NCBI RefSeq assembly: GCF_000332335.1
Contig: NZ_KB235948.1
Location: 4,158,977-4,222,976 of the forward strand
DNA: 64,000 nt
Direction: 5' to 3'
Source: Oscillatoria sp. PCC 10802
Lineage (GTDB): Bacteria > Cyanobacteriota > Cyanobacteriia > Cyanobacteriales > Oscillatoriaceae
The notes under the pieces were generated by a model. It ran no database searches and had not been told where the DNA came from. It saw only the letters and a program-made list of their open reading frames with translations. The stretch's first letter is position 1. Every line of letters starts with the position of its first letter. This document shows positions 29,584-39,818 of the stretch, one piece after another. The position numbers and the translations under genes were made by a program.

Positions 29584-29771
29584 TGGCAATATTTCGTCAG
29601 TACATTGCACCGCTGTTGATAGTATTGGTCTTCTTGGTAGCCCTTGTAGCAGTGGGCGCTCGCAGCTTTTTGCCCAGCGACATGGCTTCCCCCGCACCCG
29701 TGGAAGAAACCGCACCGGCAACATCGCTGCTGCCCGGTGCCGGTGGGGCGCTGCAGGAGCCGGTGTGCTGA
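29584..29771 (+). CDS. small single-TM membrane protein (hypothetical), 62 aa
   Basis: MAIFRQYIAPLLIVLVFLVALVAVGARSF... Overlaps the GNAT start by 7 bp. Confidence 0.3.
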
Positions 29772-30241
29772 TACCGGGATACACTCTGCGCACCGGCTCG
29801 CGGCTGGATCGGGCGCGGCTGCTGAAATTCATGCAGCTCACCTACCAAGAGATCTGCCCGGATGGGGATTTCTCCCATCTCGCCCAAACCGTCGAGCAAT
29901 ATTTTGGCAGCAACACACCCCTGTGGTGGGTGGAGGCAACTTCCCCATCCCAAAAGGTGCCGGTGGGCTGTCTGTGGTTGGGGAGCGCTATCGATCAGGT
30001 GAGCGGCGATCGCCACGCCCACATTTTTCTCGTCTACGTCGCCCCAGAACACCGGCGTCGGGGAATTGGCTCCGCCCTCATGCAGCACGCCGAAACTTGG
30101 GCCAAAGACAGGGGCGACCGGCAAATTGGCTTGCAAGTCTTTCTCACAAACCAGCCGGCGCTCAATCTTTACCGCAAACTGGGCTACGACACCCAGTCTC
30201 TGTGGATGCTCAAACCCCTGAAACCGCGATCGGACAGGTAA
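29765..30241 (+). CDS. GNAT family N-acetyltransferase
   Basis: Acetyl-CoA binding motif VAPEHRRRGIGSALM. Confidence 0.8.
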   Translation: MLIPGYTLRTGSRLDRARLLKFMQLTYQEICPDGDFSHLAQTVEQYFGSNTPLWWVEATSPSQKVPVGCLWLGSAIDQVSGDRHAHIFLVYVAPEHRRRGIGSALMQHAETWAKDRGDRQIGLQVFLTNQPALNLYRKLGYDTQSLWMLKPLKPRSDR

Positions 30242-30394
30242 AGTGGGGGCGTTGAATATTCCACCGGATGAAGAACCCCACCCCCCTACCCCCTCGCCGC
30301 TTGCAGGGAGGGGGAGAAAGAGATGGCGTTTGGGTGAAATCATCTTGTCTTGCTGCAACGCCGAAGTGGGGCGGTGCTGCAGTAGATTGAAAAT

Positions 30395-31141
30395 ATGAAC
30401 AGTCAAGATCGCACAGGCGCACTCAATATCGAGGATGAGCTGGAAAGCCCTTTGGATCTCTTAGCGGAGTCAGAACCCCCCAAACCAGATCCAGAGGAAA
30501 TGCTCCCACTCCTGCACTCCCCAGAACCGCAGCAGCGCATGCTGGCGGCGCGGGCGTTTTGCGACCTGCAGGAGGAGCGGGCTATACCCCAGCTGATTCA
30601 CCTGCTCACCGATGCTTGTCCCCTCGTGCGGGTGAGCGCCGCTTACGCTTTGGGACGCAATCCCAGCCCAAATGCCGTCGAGCCCCTGATTCACCAGCTG
30701 AACCGCGACTGGAATGGCTATGTGCGCAAAGGCGTGGTGTGGGCGCTGGGCAATTGCCGCGATCGCCGGTCGCTCGCCCCCCTGCTGGACGCGCTGAAAA
30801 CCGATATTTCCGCAGTGCGCCTGTGGGCGGCGAGCTCCCTCGGTCAAATGGCGCAAGTGGGTTACGATGCCGTTATCGCTGCAGTGCCCCCCTTAATTGA
30901 AGGCTTGCGCAGAGATCCCGTGCCGGCTGTGCGCAGCAACTGCGCCTGGACTTTGGGACAGCTGTGCCGCGAACTGCCCTCAAATGTTGTGTACGCCACA
31001 GCCATTGATGCCCTGATTGAAGCTTTTGCGGAAGACGAAGATATGGGCGTCCGCGAAGATGCCAAATCTTCCATGCTGCGAGTCGGCGATCCGCGCGGTT
31101 TGCAGCTCATTGAAGAATTGGAGCAAGAAGGATTCCTGTAA
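30395..31141 (+). CDS. HEAT-repeat (PBS-lyase-like) protein
   Basis: Tandem ~31-aa repeats ...VR..AA.ALG.... Confidence 0.75.
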   Translation: MNSQDRTGALNIEDELESPLDLLAESEPPKPDPEEMLPLLHSPEPQQRMLAARAFCDLQEERAIPQLIHLLTDACPLVRVSAAYALGRNPSPNAVEPLIHQLNRDWNGYVRKGVVWALGNCRDRRSLAPLLDALKTDISAVRLWAASSLGQMAQVGYDAVIAAVPPLIEGLRRDPVPAVRSNCAWTLGQLCRELPSNVVYATAIDALIEAFAEDEDMGVREDAKSSMLRVGDPRGLQLIEELEQEGFL

Positions 31142-31215
31142 CAGATATAGCGGTTCTCAGTTGGATGAACTATGGCTCAGAAACCCGGTTTCTTTAAGAA
31201 ACCGGGTTTCTTATG
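31141..31215. repeat. MITE family A copy directly after the HEAT-protein stop
   Basis: ACAGATATAGCGGTTCTCAGTTGGATGAACTATGGCTCAG + core. Confidence 0.9.
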
Positions 31216-31325
31216 CCTAGGACAGTAGGACAGGCGAGACGCCTGTCCTACGCCTTTTTCCCTAGGCCACTGATGTCCGTGCCCATGCCCCATGCCCAAT
31301 ACCCCATGCCCAATCTAAAATAGGA

Positions 31326-32099
31326 TTATTCCAGCAAATCAGGCTCTTTGCGCACAATCATATCGTAAAGCGGCTGAAAGCTAAACCAGCCCATATGGTG
31401 CGAGCCCACTTGCCGGTATGTGCGGCGGGCGCATTCCGGTTCGATGAGCACCGGCTTGCCCGCCGCCTCCGCCATCAGTTGCGCTTGACAGGAGCGCTCC
31501 ATTGTGATGAACCACCAAGCCGCTTCATCGACGCTGCGCCCGACAGTTAGCAAACCGTGATTGCGAAGAATAATCGCTTTTTTCTCACCGACGGTTTTGG
31601 CAATCCTCTGGGCTTCCTCAATTTCCAGCACCACGCCGGTGTAGTCATCAAACAGGGCGTGATCCTCATAAAACGAACAGGCATCTTGTGTCAGCGGATC
31701 GAGCAAGCGACCGAGACTTGACCAACTTTTGCCGTAAGGGGAGTGGGCGTGTGCGGCGGCGACGACTTCTGGGCGGGCGGCGTGAATCTGGGAGTGAATA
31801 GCAAAAGCCGCCTCGTTCACCGGCTTGTTTCCTTCCACCACTTCCCCCCGGTGGCTGACTAAAATCAAATCGCTAGCTCGAATCAGACTGAAGTGCATTC
31901 CGAAGGGGTTCACCCAAAAATGATCTGAGCGTTCGGGATCGCGGGCGGTAATGTGACCGGCAATCCCCTCATTAAACCCGAAGCAGGAAAACAGGCGGAA
32001 TGCGGCGGCGAGGCGCTGCTTGCGGTGGTGGCGCTCCTCTTCCACAGAAGTAAATACCGGCGGCTGAGGAATGTTTTGAGGGACCCTTACTGTCTGCAT
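31326..32099 (-). CDS. class II aldolase/adducin family protein
   Basis: GHITARDPE...NHGLLTVG pattern. Confidence 0.8.
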   Translation of the reverse strand: MQTVRVPQNIPQPPVFTSVEEERHHRKQRLAAAFRLFSCFGFNEGIAGHITARDPERSDHFWVNPFGMHFSLIRASDLILVSHRGEVVEGNKPVNEAAFAIHSQIHAARPEVVAAAHAHSPYGKSWSSLGRLLDPLTQDACSFYEDHALFDDYTGVVLEIEEAQRIAKTVGEKKAIILRNHGLLTVGRSVDEAAWWFITMERSCQAQLMAEAAGKPVLIEPECARRTYRQVGSHHMGWFSFQPLYDMIVRKEPDLLE

Positions 32100-32223
32100 A
32101 GATTTAACTTTTATGAAGTTGTAGCTGGATTGTAGCGTTCCCCTAGGGGGAAAGGACAGGCAAGATGCCTGTCCTACAAGATTGTAGATTGTAGCGTTCC
32201 CCTGGGGGAAACGCTACTTTTAC

Positions 32224-32892
32224 TCATTTCCTTAACTCAGAGAGGCGCAATCCCGCGATGTTCCGGCAGTCAAACGTTGCGTTATTGCCGGGTTGGCGCT
32301 CGATCAGCTCTATAATTTGCCCCGCCGAGTTCCGGAGGAACCACTGGGTTAGAGAGCCATAATCCAGAGGCTTTTCCGACATGGGAGCGAAGCCTTTTTC
32401 TTTCCACAGTTTAGCCGCTGCGCGCACGTCATCAGCGCGAATCGCAACGTGGTGAACACCAGCCAATCCCCTCTCCCGCAAAAAGCGGTCAGTGCAATCC
32501 CCGGCTGCGTGAGGTGCCTGCAGCACCACCAGTCCGCCCGATGGCAGTAACAGCGTCTGCAGGTGCACCCACAAATCTGCCGGGACAGAAGTGTTTTCGC
32601 GACAAAATTCTTGGGGGAATAAGGCGGGGCCTTCTACGACTTTAGCATCAAAAGGGCGAAAAGATTCGGCGTATTTTTCGAGGCTGTGCTGGTTGGGGAA
32701 TGTCAGGAGACAGTGGTCTATCCAAACCAGAGCGCCATACAGGTGCGTCAGAAAAGACCAGCCGGCAAAAAATTCTGGAGAGGTGAATCCCTCTTTGAAC
32801 TCCAGCAAGCCATTCCTCTCGCGAAAAGGCGACTCTAAGGCGAAAACAAAATTTTTCTCTGATTCTCCTGCTGGCCGAGGAAAATTTTTCAT
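32224..32892 (-). CDS. VOC (glyoxalase/dioxygenase fold) family protein
   Basis: GAGGAG 5 nt upstream of the ATG at 32892. C-terminal HHVAIRADD VOC-like motif. Confidence 0.5.
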   Translation of the reverse strand: MKNFPRPAGESEKNFVFALESPFRERNGLLEFKEGFTSPEFFAGWSFLTHLYGALVWIDHCLLTFPNQHSLEKYAESFRPFDAKVVEGPALFPQEFCRENTSVPADLWVHLQTLLLPSGGLVVLQAPHAAGDCTDRFLRERGLAGVHHVAIRADDVRAAAKLWKEKGFAPMSEKPLDYGSLTQWFLRNSAGQIIELIERQPGNNATFDCRNIAGLRLSELRK

Positions 32893-33071
32893 GAATCTCC
32901 TCTCACGAGTTATATTATAAGGTGCAAGTTCCGTATTCACCGCTTTTTGAGCTTCCCAAAGGGAGCCCGGGTGAGATTTTCCCGAGCTCCTGAAGGTCAG
33001 ACTGGCGCTACTTGTAATAAAACTTAACACAGGGGGGGAGAAAATGCCAACCGCAGCAGTGGGGCGGGTTA

Positions 33072-34331
33072 TTAAGACAGCGCACCCATTGCCTGACCGG
33101 CAATCCAGCCGGTTGTCCAGGCATTCTGGAAATTAAAGCCTCCCGTCACGGCGTCAATATCGAGAATTTCGCCGGCAAAGTAAAGTCCGGGGCAGAGGCG
33201 GCTCTCCAGCGTCTTGAAGTCCACCTCTTTGAGGGTGACGCCGCCACAGGTGACAAATTCTTCCTTAAAAACGCCCTTACCGGCAATCTGGTATTTGCCC
33301 TGAATCAGTTCTTCGAGCAGCAGGTTTAGGGATTTATTGGACACTTCCGCCCAGCGCGTCTCCTCGGCAATACCCGCAGCCCCAATCAAACGCTCCCAAA
33401 GGCGGCGGGGGATGGGAACGGGACAGCTAGAGGATATCTCCCGTCGCGGCAGCTGGTTCTTCACCGCCAGCAGCATTTGGCGCAGATCGTCGGGTTTGTA
33501 CTGCGGCAGCCAGTTAACCTGCAGGGGAGTGTCATACCAGCAGTCGTGCAGGAATCTCGCACCCCAAGCGGATAGTTTCAGCACTGCCGGACCGCTCAAC
33601 CCCCAGTGAGTGACGAGCACCGGCCCAGTCTGTTCTAATTTGGCCTCTGGCAATCGCACGCGGGCGTTTGTCACGGAGATGCCGGCTAAATCCCTCAACC
33701 GTTCGTCGCGAATATTAAAGGTAAATAGAGAGGGAACCGGCGGCTCAATCGTGTGTCCGAGGGATTTAGCAATCTGGTATCCCGCTGGACTGCTGCCGGT
33801 GGCGAGCAGCAGCCGGTCAGCGGTCAAAACCCCGCCGGTTTTTAACTGAATTTCAAAGAAAGGGGAGTTCTTTAATACGGCATCTTTTGCCGGTACGCCA
33901 CTCATCCCGTCTTGATAAGAAACCCCAACCGCCGGCGTGCCGGTGCGAAGTTCCACCCCAGCGTCTTCAGCTGCCCGGATGAGACAATTAACAATGGTGG
34001 CGGAATCGTCAGTGGTGGGAAACATCCGCCCGTCTGACTCAGTTTTCAGTTTCACCCCTTGACTTTGAAACCACTTTACAGTATCAAGAGGCTGAAAGCG
34101 AGTGAAGGGTCCCCGGAGGGCTTTGCCGCCTCTGGGGTAGTTTTGCGCCAGGACAGCCGCGTCAAAACAGGCGTGGGTGACATTGCAGCGCCCCCCGCCA
34201 GAAATGCGAACTTTTTCCAGCGGTTTGCGACCGGCTTCTAGCAAGGTGACGCGCGTGTGGGGGTGAGTTTTCGCGCAGGTAATTGCGCAAAAAAAACCCG
34301 CCGCACCGCCACCAATCACGACAATTTTCAT
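33072..34331 (-). CDS. HI0933/BaiN-like FAD-dependent flavoprotein (aminoacetone-oxidase family)
   Basis: MKIVVIGGGAAGFFCA...GGGRCNVTH. Confidence 0.85.
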   Translation of the reverse strand: MKIVVIGGGAAGFFCAITCAKTHPHTRVTLLEAGRKPLEKVRISGGGRCNVTHACFDAAVLAQNYPRGGKALRGPFTRFQPLDTVKWFQSQGVKLKTESDGRMFPTTDDSATIVNCLIRAAEDAGVELRTGTPAVGVSYQDGMSGVPAKDAVLKNSPFFEIQLKTGGVLTADRLLLATGSSPAGYQIAKSLGHTIEPPVPSLFTFNIRDERLRDLAGISVTNARVRLPEAKLEQTGPVLVTHWGLSGPAVLKLSAWGARFLHDCWYDTPLQVNWLPQYKPDDLRQMLLAVKNQLPRREISSSCPVPIPRRLWERLIGAAGIAEETRWAEVSNKSLNLLLEELIQGKYQIAGKGVFKEEFVTCGGVTLKEVDFKTLESRLCPGLYFAGEILDIDAVTGGFNFQNAWTTGWIAGQAMGALS

Positions 34332-34457
34332 GGAATTAATCTAACTTTCTCCTGCTGGTTGCGCCTGGTTGGGACAGGCGGGACGCCGGTCCTGCGGGTC
34401 AGGGGACAGGCGGGACGCCGGTCTTGCGCCTGAAGGGTGGGGTAAAATGCCACAACA

Positions 34458-35333
34458 TCAGACCTTTCCCCGCAAAGCCTCAAATTCTTCCCGCAAGGAC
34501 AGGGGCTGGTAGCCCAGCGCGAACGCCTTTGAACTGTCCAAAGACACGTCTGGCGGTCTGGGCGCGGCCATTTTAACATCAGCTTGCCGGCACTTCTTTA
34601 TTTTAGCATCGCTCAGTCCGAGAACTTCTATTAAGAGCCGCATAAAATCATAGCGCGACACCCGTTCCTTCCCGCCCAAGTGAATGCGCCCCTGAACATT
34701 TTCCAGAGCCAAGAGAAGTCCGCGCGCGGCGGCTGTTCCGCTCACCGGCGTGCGGAACTCATCGACAAATAAAGCCAGTTCTTGCCCCTCTCTCAGGGAT
34801 CGCAGCATGGGCTGAATGAAACTTTTAGCCGCCGGTGCGCCACAGCCAAACATCAGGGGAAGCCGGCAAATCGCTGTTCGGGAATAGCGTTCCAGCATTC
34901 CTTCTTCAGCCATAATTTTTTGCTCGCCGTAAAGGCTGAGAGGTGAGACGGGATCTGTTTCGCGGTAGGGAGCGTTTAAACCGTCAAAAACCAGGTCAGT
35001 GGAAGTAAAAGCGCAAGGAATGGAATAATCCGCGCAAAGCCCCGCAAGATTCCAAGAAGCTGTCACATTGATGGTGCGAGATTCCTGCGGGTGAGTTTGG
35101 CAGTAGTTTGGCTGAGATTGGGCCGCTGTGTGGATAACTGCATCGGGCTTTATTTCCTGAAACAGGCGCTGGAGTTCTTGAAAATCCGTCAAGTCAACCG
35201 GCAGCTGTTTGACGCCCGGAATCTCGATCCGATGGGAGAAGTGCGTGCCATATACCTGCCACTCTCGCTTAGCGAGCTGGCAGAGGTTCCATCCCAAGAA
35301 ACCGCTGCTGCCGGTGACTAATAGTTTTTTCAT
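34458..35333 (-). CDS. NAD-dependent epimerase/dehydratase; dTDP-4-dehydrorhamnose reductase (RmlD)-like
   Basis: LLVTGSSGFLGWNL Rossmann motif, ~290 aa. Confidence 0.65.
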   Translation of the reverse strand: MKKLLVTGSSGFLGWNLCQLAKREWQVYGTHFSHRIEIPGVKQLPVDLTDFQELQRLFQEIKPDAVIHTAAQSQPNYCQTHPQESRTINVTASWNLAGLCADYSIPCAFTSTDLVFDGLNAPYRETDPVSPLSLYGEQKIMAEEGMLERYSRTAICRLPLMFGCGAPAAKSFIQPMLRSLREGQELALFVDEFRTPVSGTAAARGLLLALENVQGRIHLGGKERVSRYDFMRLLIEVLGLSDAKIKKCRQADVKMAAPRPPDVSLDSSKAFALGYQPLSLREEFEALRGKV

Positions 35334-35375
35334 TTACCTTTAGCAATTTTGGATTTTAGATTTTAGATTTTGGAT

Positions 35376-35450
35376 TTTGTACTGAGAAACCCGGTTTCTT
35401 AAAGAAACCGGGTTTCTCGTCGGCCATAGTTCATCCAACGGAGAGCCGCC
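35376..35450. repeat. MITE family A copy, inverted orientation
   Basis: Core + GTCGGCCATAGTTCATCCAACGGAGAGCCGCCATAT (reverse complement of the left arm). Confidence 0.9.
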
Positions 35451-35507
35451 ATATCGCTTTTCTCCAAGATTTTCCCCCTTCCCCTAACAGTGATACGCCT
35501 CGCGAAA

Positions 35508-35666
35508 TTATGCCGGTTCAAAAGCCTCTTTAGCCGCGCCGCAGACGGGACACACCCAGTCATCGGAGATATCTTCAAAAGGGGTTCCTGGTGGTATTCC
35601 CCCTTCTGGGTCGCCTTCTTCTGGGTTGTAGGTAAAGCCGCAGACGGTGCATATATATTCTTTCAT
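35508..35666 (-). CDS. rubredoxin
   Basis: [13 protein letters not shown]...[10 protein letters not shown] (two CxxCG knuckles). Confidence 0.9.
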   Translation of the reverse strand: MKEYICTVCGFTYNPEEGDPEGGIPPGTPFEDISDDWVCPVCGAAKEAFEPA

Positions 35667-35877
35667 TGCTTCTCTCTCCTGACGGACTGTCCGCATGGCG
35701 CAAACCTTCCGAAACGAAGTTCCGGAGGCGAACTTTAAAATTATACCAGCCGGTCGCCGCGATTGGGGTGCCGGTGCCTGTGTGGGGGATTAAATTAAAG
35801 TTAAAATTCGCCAGATTTCACCGGCTAGCCGGCGCGTGCCGGACCCCACCCGACTTGGGGGTGGGGTTTCTGTCCGA

Positions 35878-36645
35878 TCACACCCTGGCCAGAGGTTTAG
35901 ACCAAACGCCACTTTCATTTTCTTCGTACTGCCGGCGAATGGCATCCCAGGCGGCTTGTTCAGCCTTCATTTCATCGCTGGTTTCATCAAATGCAGCATT
36001 GTAACGCTCGATAAATGTCTTTTGAGCGTCTTCAGATAAATGGGAGCTGATTTCGGGAGCCAAATCTGCTAGACTGTCGCACCGGCCTGGACAGGGATGG
36101 GGCAGCGTCATGTCGCTGGCAGAGATTTCCTCACCGCCGGCACTTTGCAGCAGCAGCTGAATTTCCCCCGATTTATCGGCGGTAATTTCTGCCATGACCA
36201 GAATTTCTCCCGCTTCCAAACGAGTTTGATAGAGAGTGGCTTTCTCTTCTGGCATTCCCAGCGCCACCAGTGCGGAAACCAAACCGGCACCGGCACTTCC
36301 CGCCAGTGCGCCGCCGGCAGCACCGAGGAGTACCGCACCCAGCGGTCCCGCTGCCACAACCGGCCCAACAAAAGGAATAAACAGCACGCCAACGCCCGTC
36401 AGCAGGCTCAAAACTGAACCGAACAGGGAACCAAAAATTGCGCCGGTGCGCAGCCCGCCCAAAATCACGTCTTTCCTGCTTATAAAGCCGGCAATCCGCG
36501 TTTTGGATTGGAAATTTTTCCCCATCACCGAGATGCGATCCTGAGGCACGCCCCGATCCAGCAGCCGCCGAATTACGCTATCCACTTGCTCTTCTTCCTT
36601 GAAGGTGGCGGAAACGGTTCGCTCTGCTTTGTATTGTTCAGGCAT
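35878..36645 (-). CDS. general-stress-protein YflT domain + C-terminal ChaB domain protein
   Basis: N-terminal YflT-like region, central Gly-rich TM segment, C-terminal ChaB motif [17 protein letters not shown]...[10 protein letters not shown]. Confidence 0.55.
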   Translation of the reverse strand: MPEQYKAERTVSATFKEEEQVDSVIRRLLDRGVPQDRISVMGKNFQSKTRIAGFISRKDVILGGLRTGAIFGSLFGSVLSLLTGVGVLFIPFVGPVVAAGPLGAVLLGAAGGALAGSAGAGLVSALVALGMPEEKATLYQTRLEAGEILVMAEITADKSGEIQLLLQSAGGEEISASDMTLPHPCPGRCDSLADLAPEISSHLSEDAQKTFIERYNAAFDETSDEMKAEQAAWDAIRRQYEENESGVWSKPLARV

Positions 36646-36795
36646 GTTGCTTTCTCCTCGAATTTTATGAGTTATCTCTTCTGGAAGAATAGCAAGGCAC
36701 CCCCCCTCTCCGAATCTGCCCAGGGATTGATTTCCGTTGAGCGGGGGAGTAGAAAAGCCGGCAGCCGGTGCAGCCGGCAGGGCTCACCCCATACA

Positions 36796-38451
36796 TTACT
36801 CCCTTGATTCGGCGGATTGTTCTTCGTGCAGTTTGGCTGCCAGCTGAGTTAAAATTGATATCAAACCGGCATCTTGCCCGCCAGAAGGAACCCCCCGATC
36901 TTCCGGACTGGTTTCTGCGTTCGCTTCCAGCCAGGACTGATAGGCGTCACAGAAAGCCTGGTGGATTTTCGCCTTATTGATGCCGGCAGCCGCCCGCAGC
37001 TGAACGGCGAACAGGCTATCTGCTTTTTGCTCAACACTCTGGAGCGACAGTTCGGCGTCCGTATTTTCTGAGCGCACCTGATTGAAAGCGTGGAGAAAAG
37101 CTTGCCAGTTCATGCCGGTGCGGAAAACTAGATCGACGGAATTGAACGCCGGCTGAAACAGCTGCGCGAACTCTCCGGGGGCGAACTCTCCGCTCAGAGG
37201 GCGGCGCTCTACTTGAAAGTTGAGCAAATAAACATACTCGCAAATGACTCCATCGAGCCGGGTGTTGCTGTCAATCTTCCAATTCCCTATCAAAGCGCCG
37301 GTGAGTTCGGCTGAGGAGAGATCAGCGCCGGAAGCGAGAGAGGCAGACAGATTTGCAGACTTTAAACAGGCACCTTGCAGAGAGGCTTCAGTGAGATTTG
37401 TTTCCCGCAAATCGGCGTGGCTGAGGTCAGCACCGGCAAGGTTGGCACCCCGGAGATTAATGCCGGCATAAGATTTATTCCGCCCAGAGCCGCTAACAAG
37501 CAAATCTCGAATAGCAGGGTTAGCCAGTATCGAATTGCCAAGTCGGGCTCGGTCAAGTTCGCGGGCTTGCAGCCAGCAAGTGCGGGTGAGATTTGCCTTT
37601 CGGAAATCGGTTTTTTTTAGCACCGCCTGGCTGAAATTGACGTCGGTTAAATCAGCCCGGCGGAAGCTTGTCCCGCCGGCAGTGGCAAAAGCAACGGCTA
37701 TCTTGCCAATCGCGGCGAAACGCTCGTCTCCAGACAGAGCTCGCCGGCTCGCCCAACCGCACCCCACACCCACCGCCACACACACCGCAAAAGCCCAAAC
37801 CGCAGTCGAAGCCCAAGCATCCTGAAACAGCCCGCCCAGAAACCCAGCCCCCGTGCCGAGGGCAGCCCCAATCAAACCCCAAAACCACGCCAAAGCGCCG
37901 GTGATAGCCCACGCCCTGCCCCCACCCGCCGCCAGAGAGGCAGCCCCCGCCAAAGCGAGCGCCCAAGCCCAAGCCGCCATTCCCGCCACCTCCCAAATGC
38001 CGGTCAGAGCCCAGTCCCAAGCTAAAAACCAGGGCTTTAGCCCAGCCGAAGCCCCAGCCACCGCCGCCACCACCGCCACCGCCCACAAACCCGCCTCCAT
38101 CCCCCGGCGCAGGGTGACGAGAAAAAAGAGCGCCAGCAGCAACAAGACGGCGACGCCGGGAAAAATGGTGTTGCCTTTGATGAATTGCGGGTTGAGCAAA
38201 GCGCCGGCAAACGCGCCCGCCAGTGTGGCCAGCAAGCCGGACAGTGAGGCCAGGAGTGGCGGGAGGATCGCGAGTGCGGCGGTTTGCCGGCGCGGCACCC
38301 CAGCGAGGGCACCTGTGAGGTTTGCGCCGGTGAGGTTTGCGCCGGTGAAGTTGGCACCCCGGATGTCTGAATGCGCGAAGTTAGCGCCGGTGAGGTCTTG
38401 ATTTTTAAAGTTGCGTCCTTGGAGATTTTGTCCAGAGAAGTCTACAGGCAT
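36796..38451 (-). CDS. pentapeptide-repeat membrane protein
   Basis: Two pentapeptide tracts (A[DN]LxG-type) flank a ~250-aa polytopic Ala/Gly/Trp-rich membrane region. The C-terminal ~120 aa is non-repeat. Confidence 0.8.
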   Translation of the reverse strand: MPVDFSGQNLQGRNFKNQDLTGANFAHSDIRGANFTGANLTGANLTGALAGVPRRQTAALAILPPLLASLSGLLATLAGAFAGALLNPQFIKGNTIFPGVAVLLLLALFFLVTLRRGMEAGLWAVAVVAAVAGASAGLKPWFLAWDWALTGIWEVAGMAAWAWALALAGAASLAAGGGRAWAITGALAWFWGLIGAALGTGAGFLGGLFQDAWASTAVWAFAVCVAVGVGCGWASRRALSGDERFAAIGKIAVAFATAGGTSFRRADLTDVNFSQAVLKKTDFRKANLTRTCWLQARELDRARLGNSILANPAIRDLLVSGSGRNKSYAGINLRGANLAGADLSHADLRETNLTEASLQGACLKSANLSASLASGADLSSAELTGALIGNWKIDSNTRLDGVICEYVYLLNFQVERRPLSGEFAPGEFAQLFQPAFNSVDLVFRTGMNWQAFLHAFNQVRSENTDAELSLQSVEQKADSLFAVQLRAAAGINKAKIHQAFCDAYQSWLEANAETSPEDRGVPSGGQDAGLISILTQLAAKLHEEQSAESRE

Positions 38452-39029
38452 GGCCGATCTTGGGGGGTGGGAGCCGGTGTTGCTATAGGGCAGGCAGCAG
38501 CAAGCGATTTGCCACCATATACTGATCTATGCTATACTTTGCTCAAGACATCCACCACGACCCGAAAACCAAAGGCGGGTGGTTGCTCTGAAAAGTCCAA
38601 AACAGCTATCTAAACCCGATTTCCACTCGGTAGGTGGCTGTGTCTAAATCGCCTTAAAGCCCGAACCCCAAAGGCAAATGGCCTTTAGACTTGATTGAGA
38701 CAGCTTCTTTCTCAAAGGAAGTCACTTTGTCAGGAGTTTGGACGTTGTGCTCGCGGGTTCCCTGCGGGCATTGGTTGATACGCCTTGGTTCTGGAGCTAG
38801 CCTCCTGTGCTTATGTATTTGCTATCAATTGACAGCAATTGATAGCAAAAATGTATCGGATAGCATACAAGCCCCTGGAATGTTTAGGTGCCGGTGTCCC
38901 AGAAAGCCGCGCTCCCACACGGCTGTGCCGGTGAGGGCAAAACTCTTGCCCGAGACTTGGGTTTATCGCGTTCCCGACAAGTCGCTAGCGGAGATGATAG
39001 AGCGCGTCTAAATCATTCGTGTAAATTTC

Positions 39030-39065
39030 AGAACCCCGGTTTCTTAAAGAAACCGGGGTTCTGCG
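39030..39065. repeat. MITE family A core variant (CCCCGG instead of CCCGG), ~110 bp downstream of the HNH gene
   Basis: CAGAACCCCGGTTTCTTAAAGAAACCGGGGTTCTG. Confidence 0.8.
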
Positions 39066-39170
39066 CCAAGAGCGGTTGCGCCAATTATTGAGAACTGCTA
39101 TACGAGGCAATTCCACCTCACCCTATGCACTCTTTTTCTTTTTTATCAATCAGTATAGAGAGGAAAATTT

Positions 39171-39818
39171 TTAAGGCACAAAGTAGTGTTTGAGGATGTA
39201 GGTTATCGCCCCACAAAACGGCGCGTGCTGTCCATTTGCGTCGGGGTTTTCACAGCCTTGAGCTAGCAGCTGAATTTCTTCGCCGGTGAGTCCGTCAATT
39301 GCCTCCAAAATCCCGTCAATCGCCTCGCGGCGCATAGCTCTCAGCTTATCAATGTCGAGTCCGAGCTTGTCAATCGTTTTGACTGCAGCATCTTTTTTAT
39401 CTGCCTCATCTGTTGGCAGAATCTCTCCAGAACCCAGGTAGCGAAAGAAATCCGCACAGTTAGCCTCCAGAGGCGAAACCATAAGCCGCTCATCGTACCA
39501 GTCGTCTTTCTTCTTGCCACAATGGACTGGCTCAGACTTCTTACTCTCTCTCTGGCATGAAGCCAGCAGATTCCTGTACTCCAGTGCTAGATCCTGATAG
39601 TACCTCTGGGGCTTGAAATGTTCGAGATGACTGCTGTCCACCGCAATCCGCATGCCGCAGTAACAGCAGATATAGCCCTGCTCGCGCAGCAACGAATGAT
39701 GCAGATCAGTTTTTACTTCTCCCCGAAGGTCATCATAGGTTGGCGTCCAATTTTCGTTAGCCAGTTTCTTCCAGTCTGCCAACTTTTCTGGCTCCTCACC
39801 CTTTTGAATGTGTTTCAC
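39171..39818 (-). CDS. HNH endonuclease, Septu PtuB-like (TIGR02646-type)
   Basis: CCYCGMRIAVDSSHLEHFKPQ HNH core. GTG start overlapping the stop of the upstream ATPase (GTGA). Local GC lower than neighbours. Confidence 0.75.
   Translation of the reverse strand: MKHIQKGEEPEKLADWKKLANENWTPTYDDLRGEVKTDLHHSLLREQGYICCYCGMRIAVDSSHLEHFKPQRYYQDLALEYRNLLASCQRESKKSEPVHCGKKKDDWYDERLMVSPLEANCADFFRYLGSGEILPTDEADKKDAAVKTIDKLGLDIDKLRAMRREAIDGILEAIDGLTGEEIQLLAQGCENPDANGQHAPFCGAITYILKHYFVP

Noticed and set aside
29597-30406. 269-aa minus-strand ORF
   Set aside because: Antisense to the well-supported GNAT gene. Pro/Gly-rich junk.
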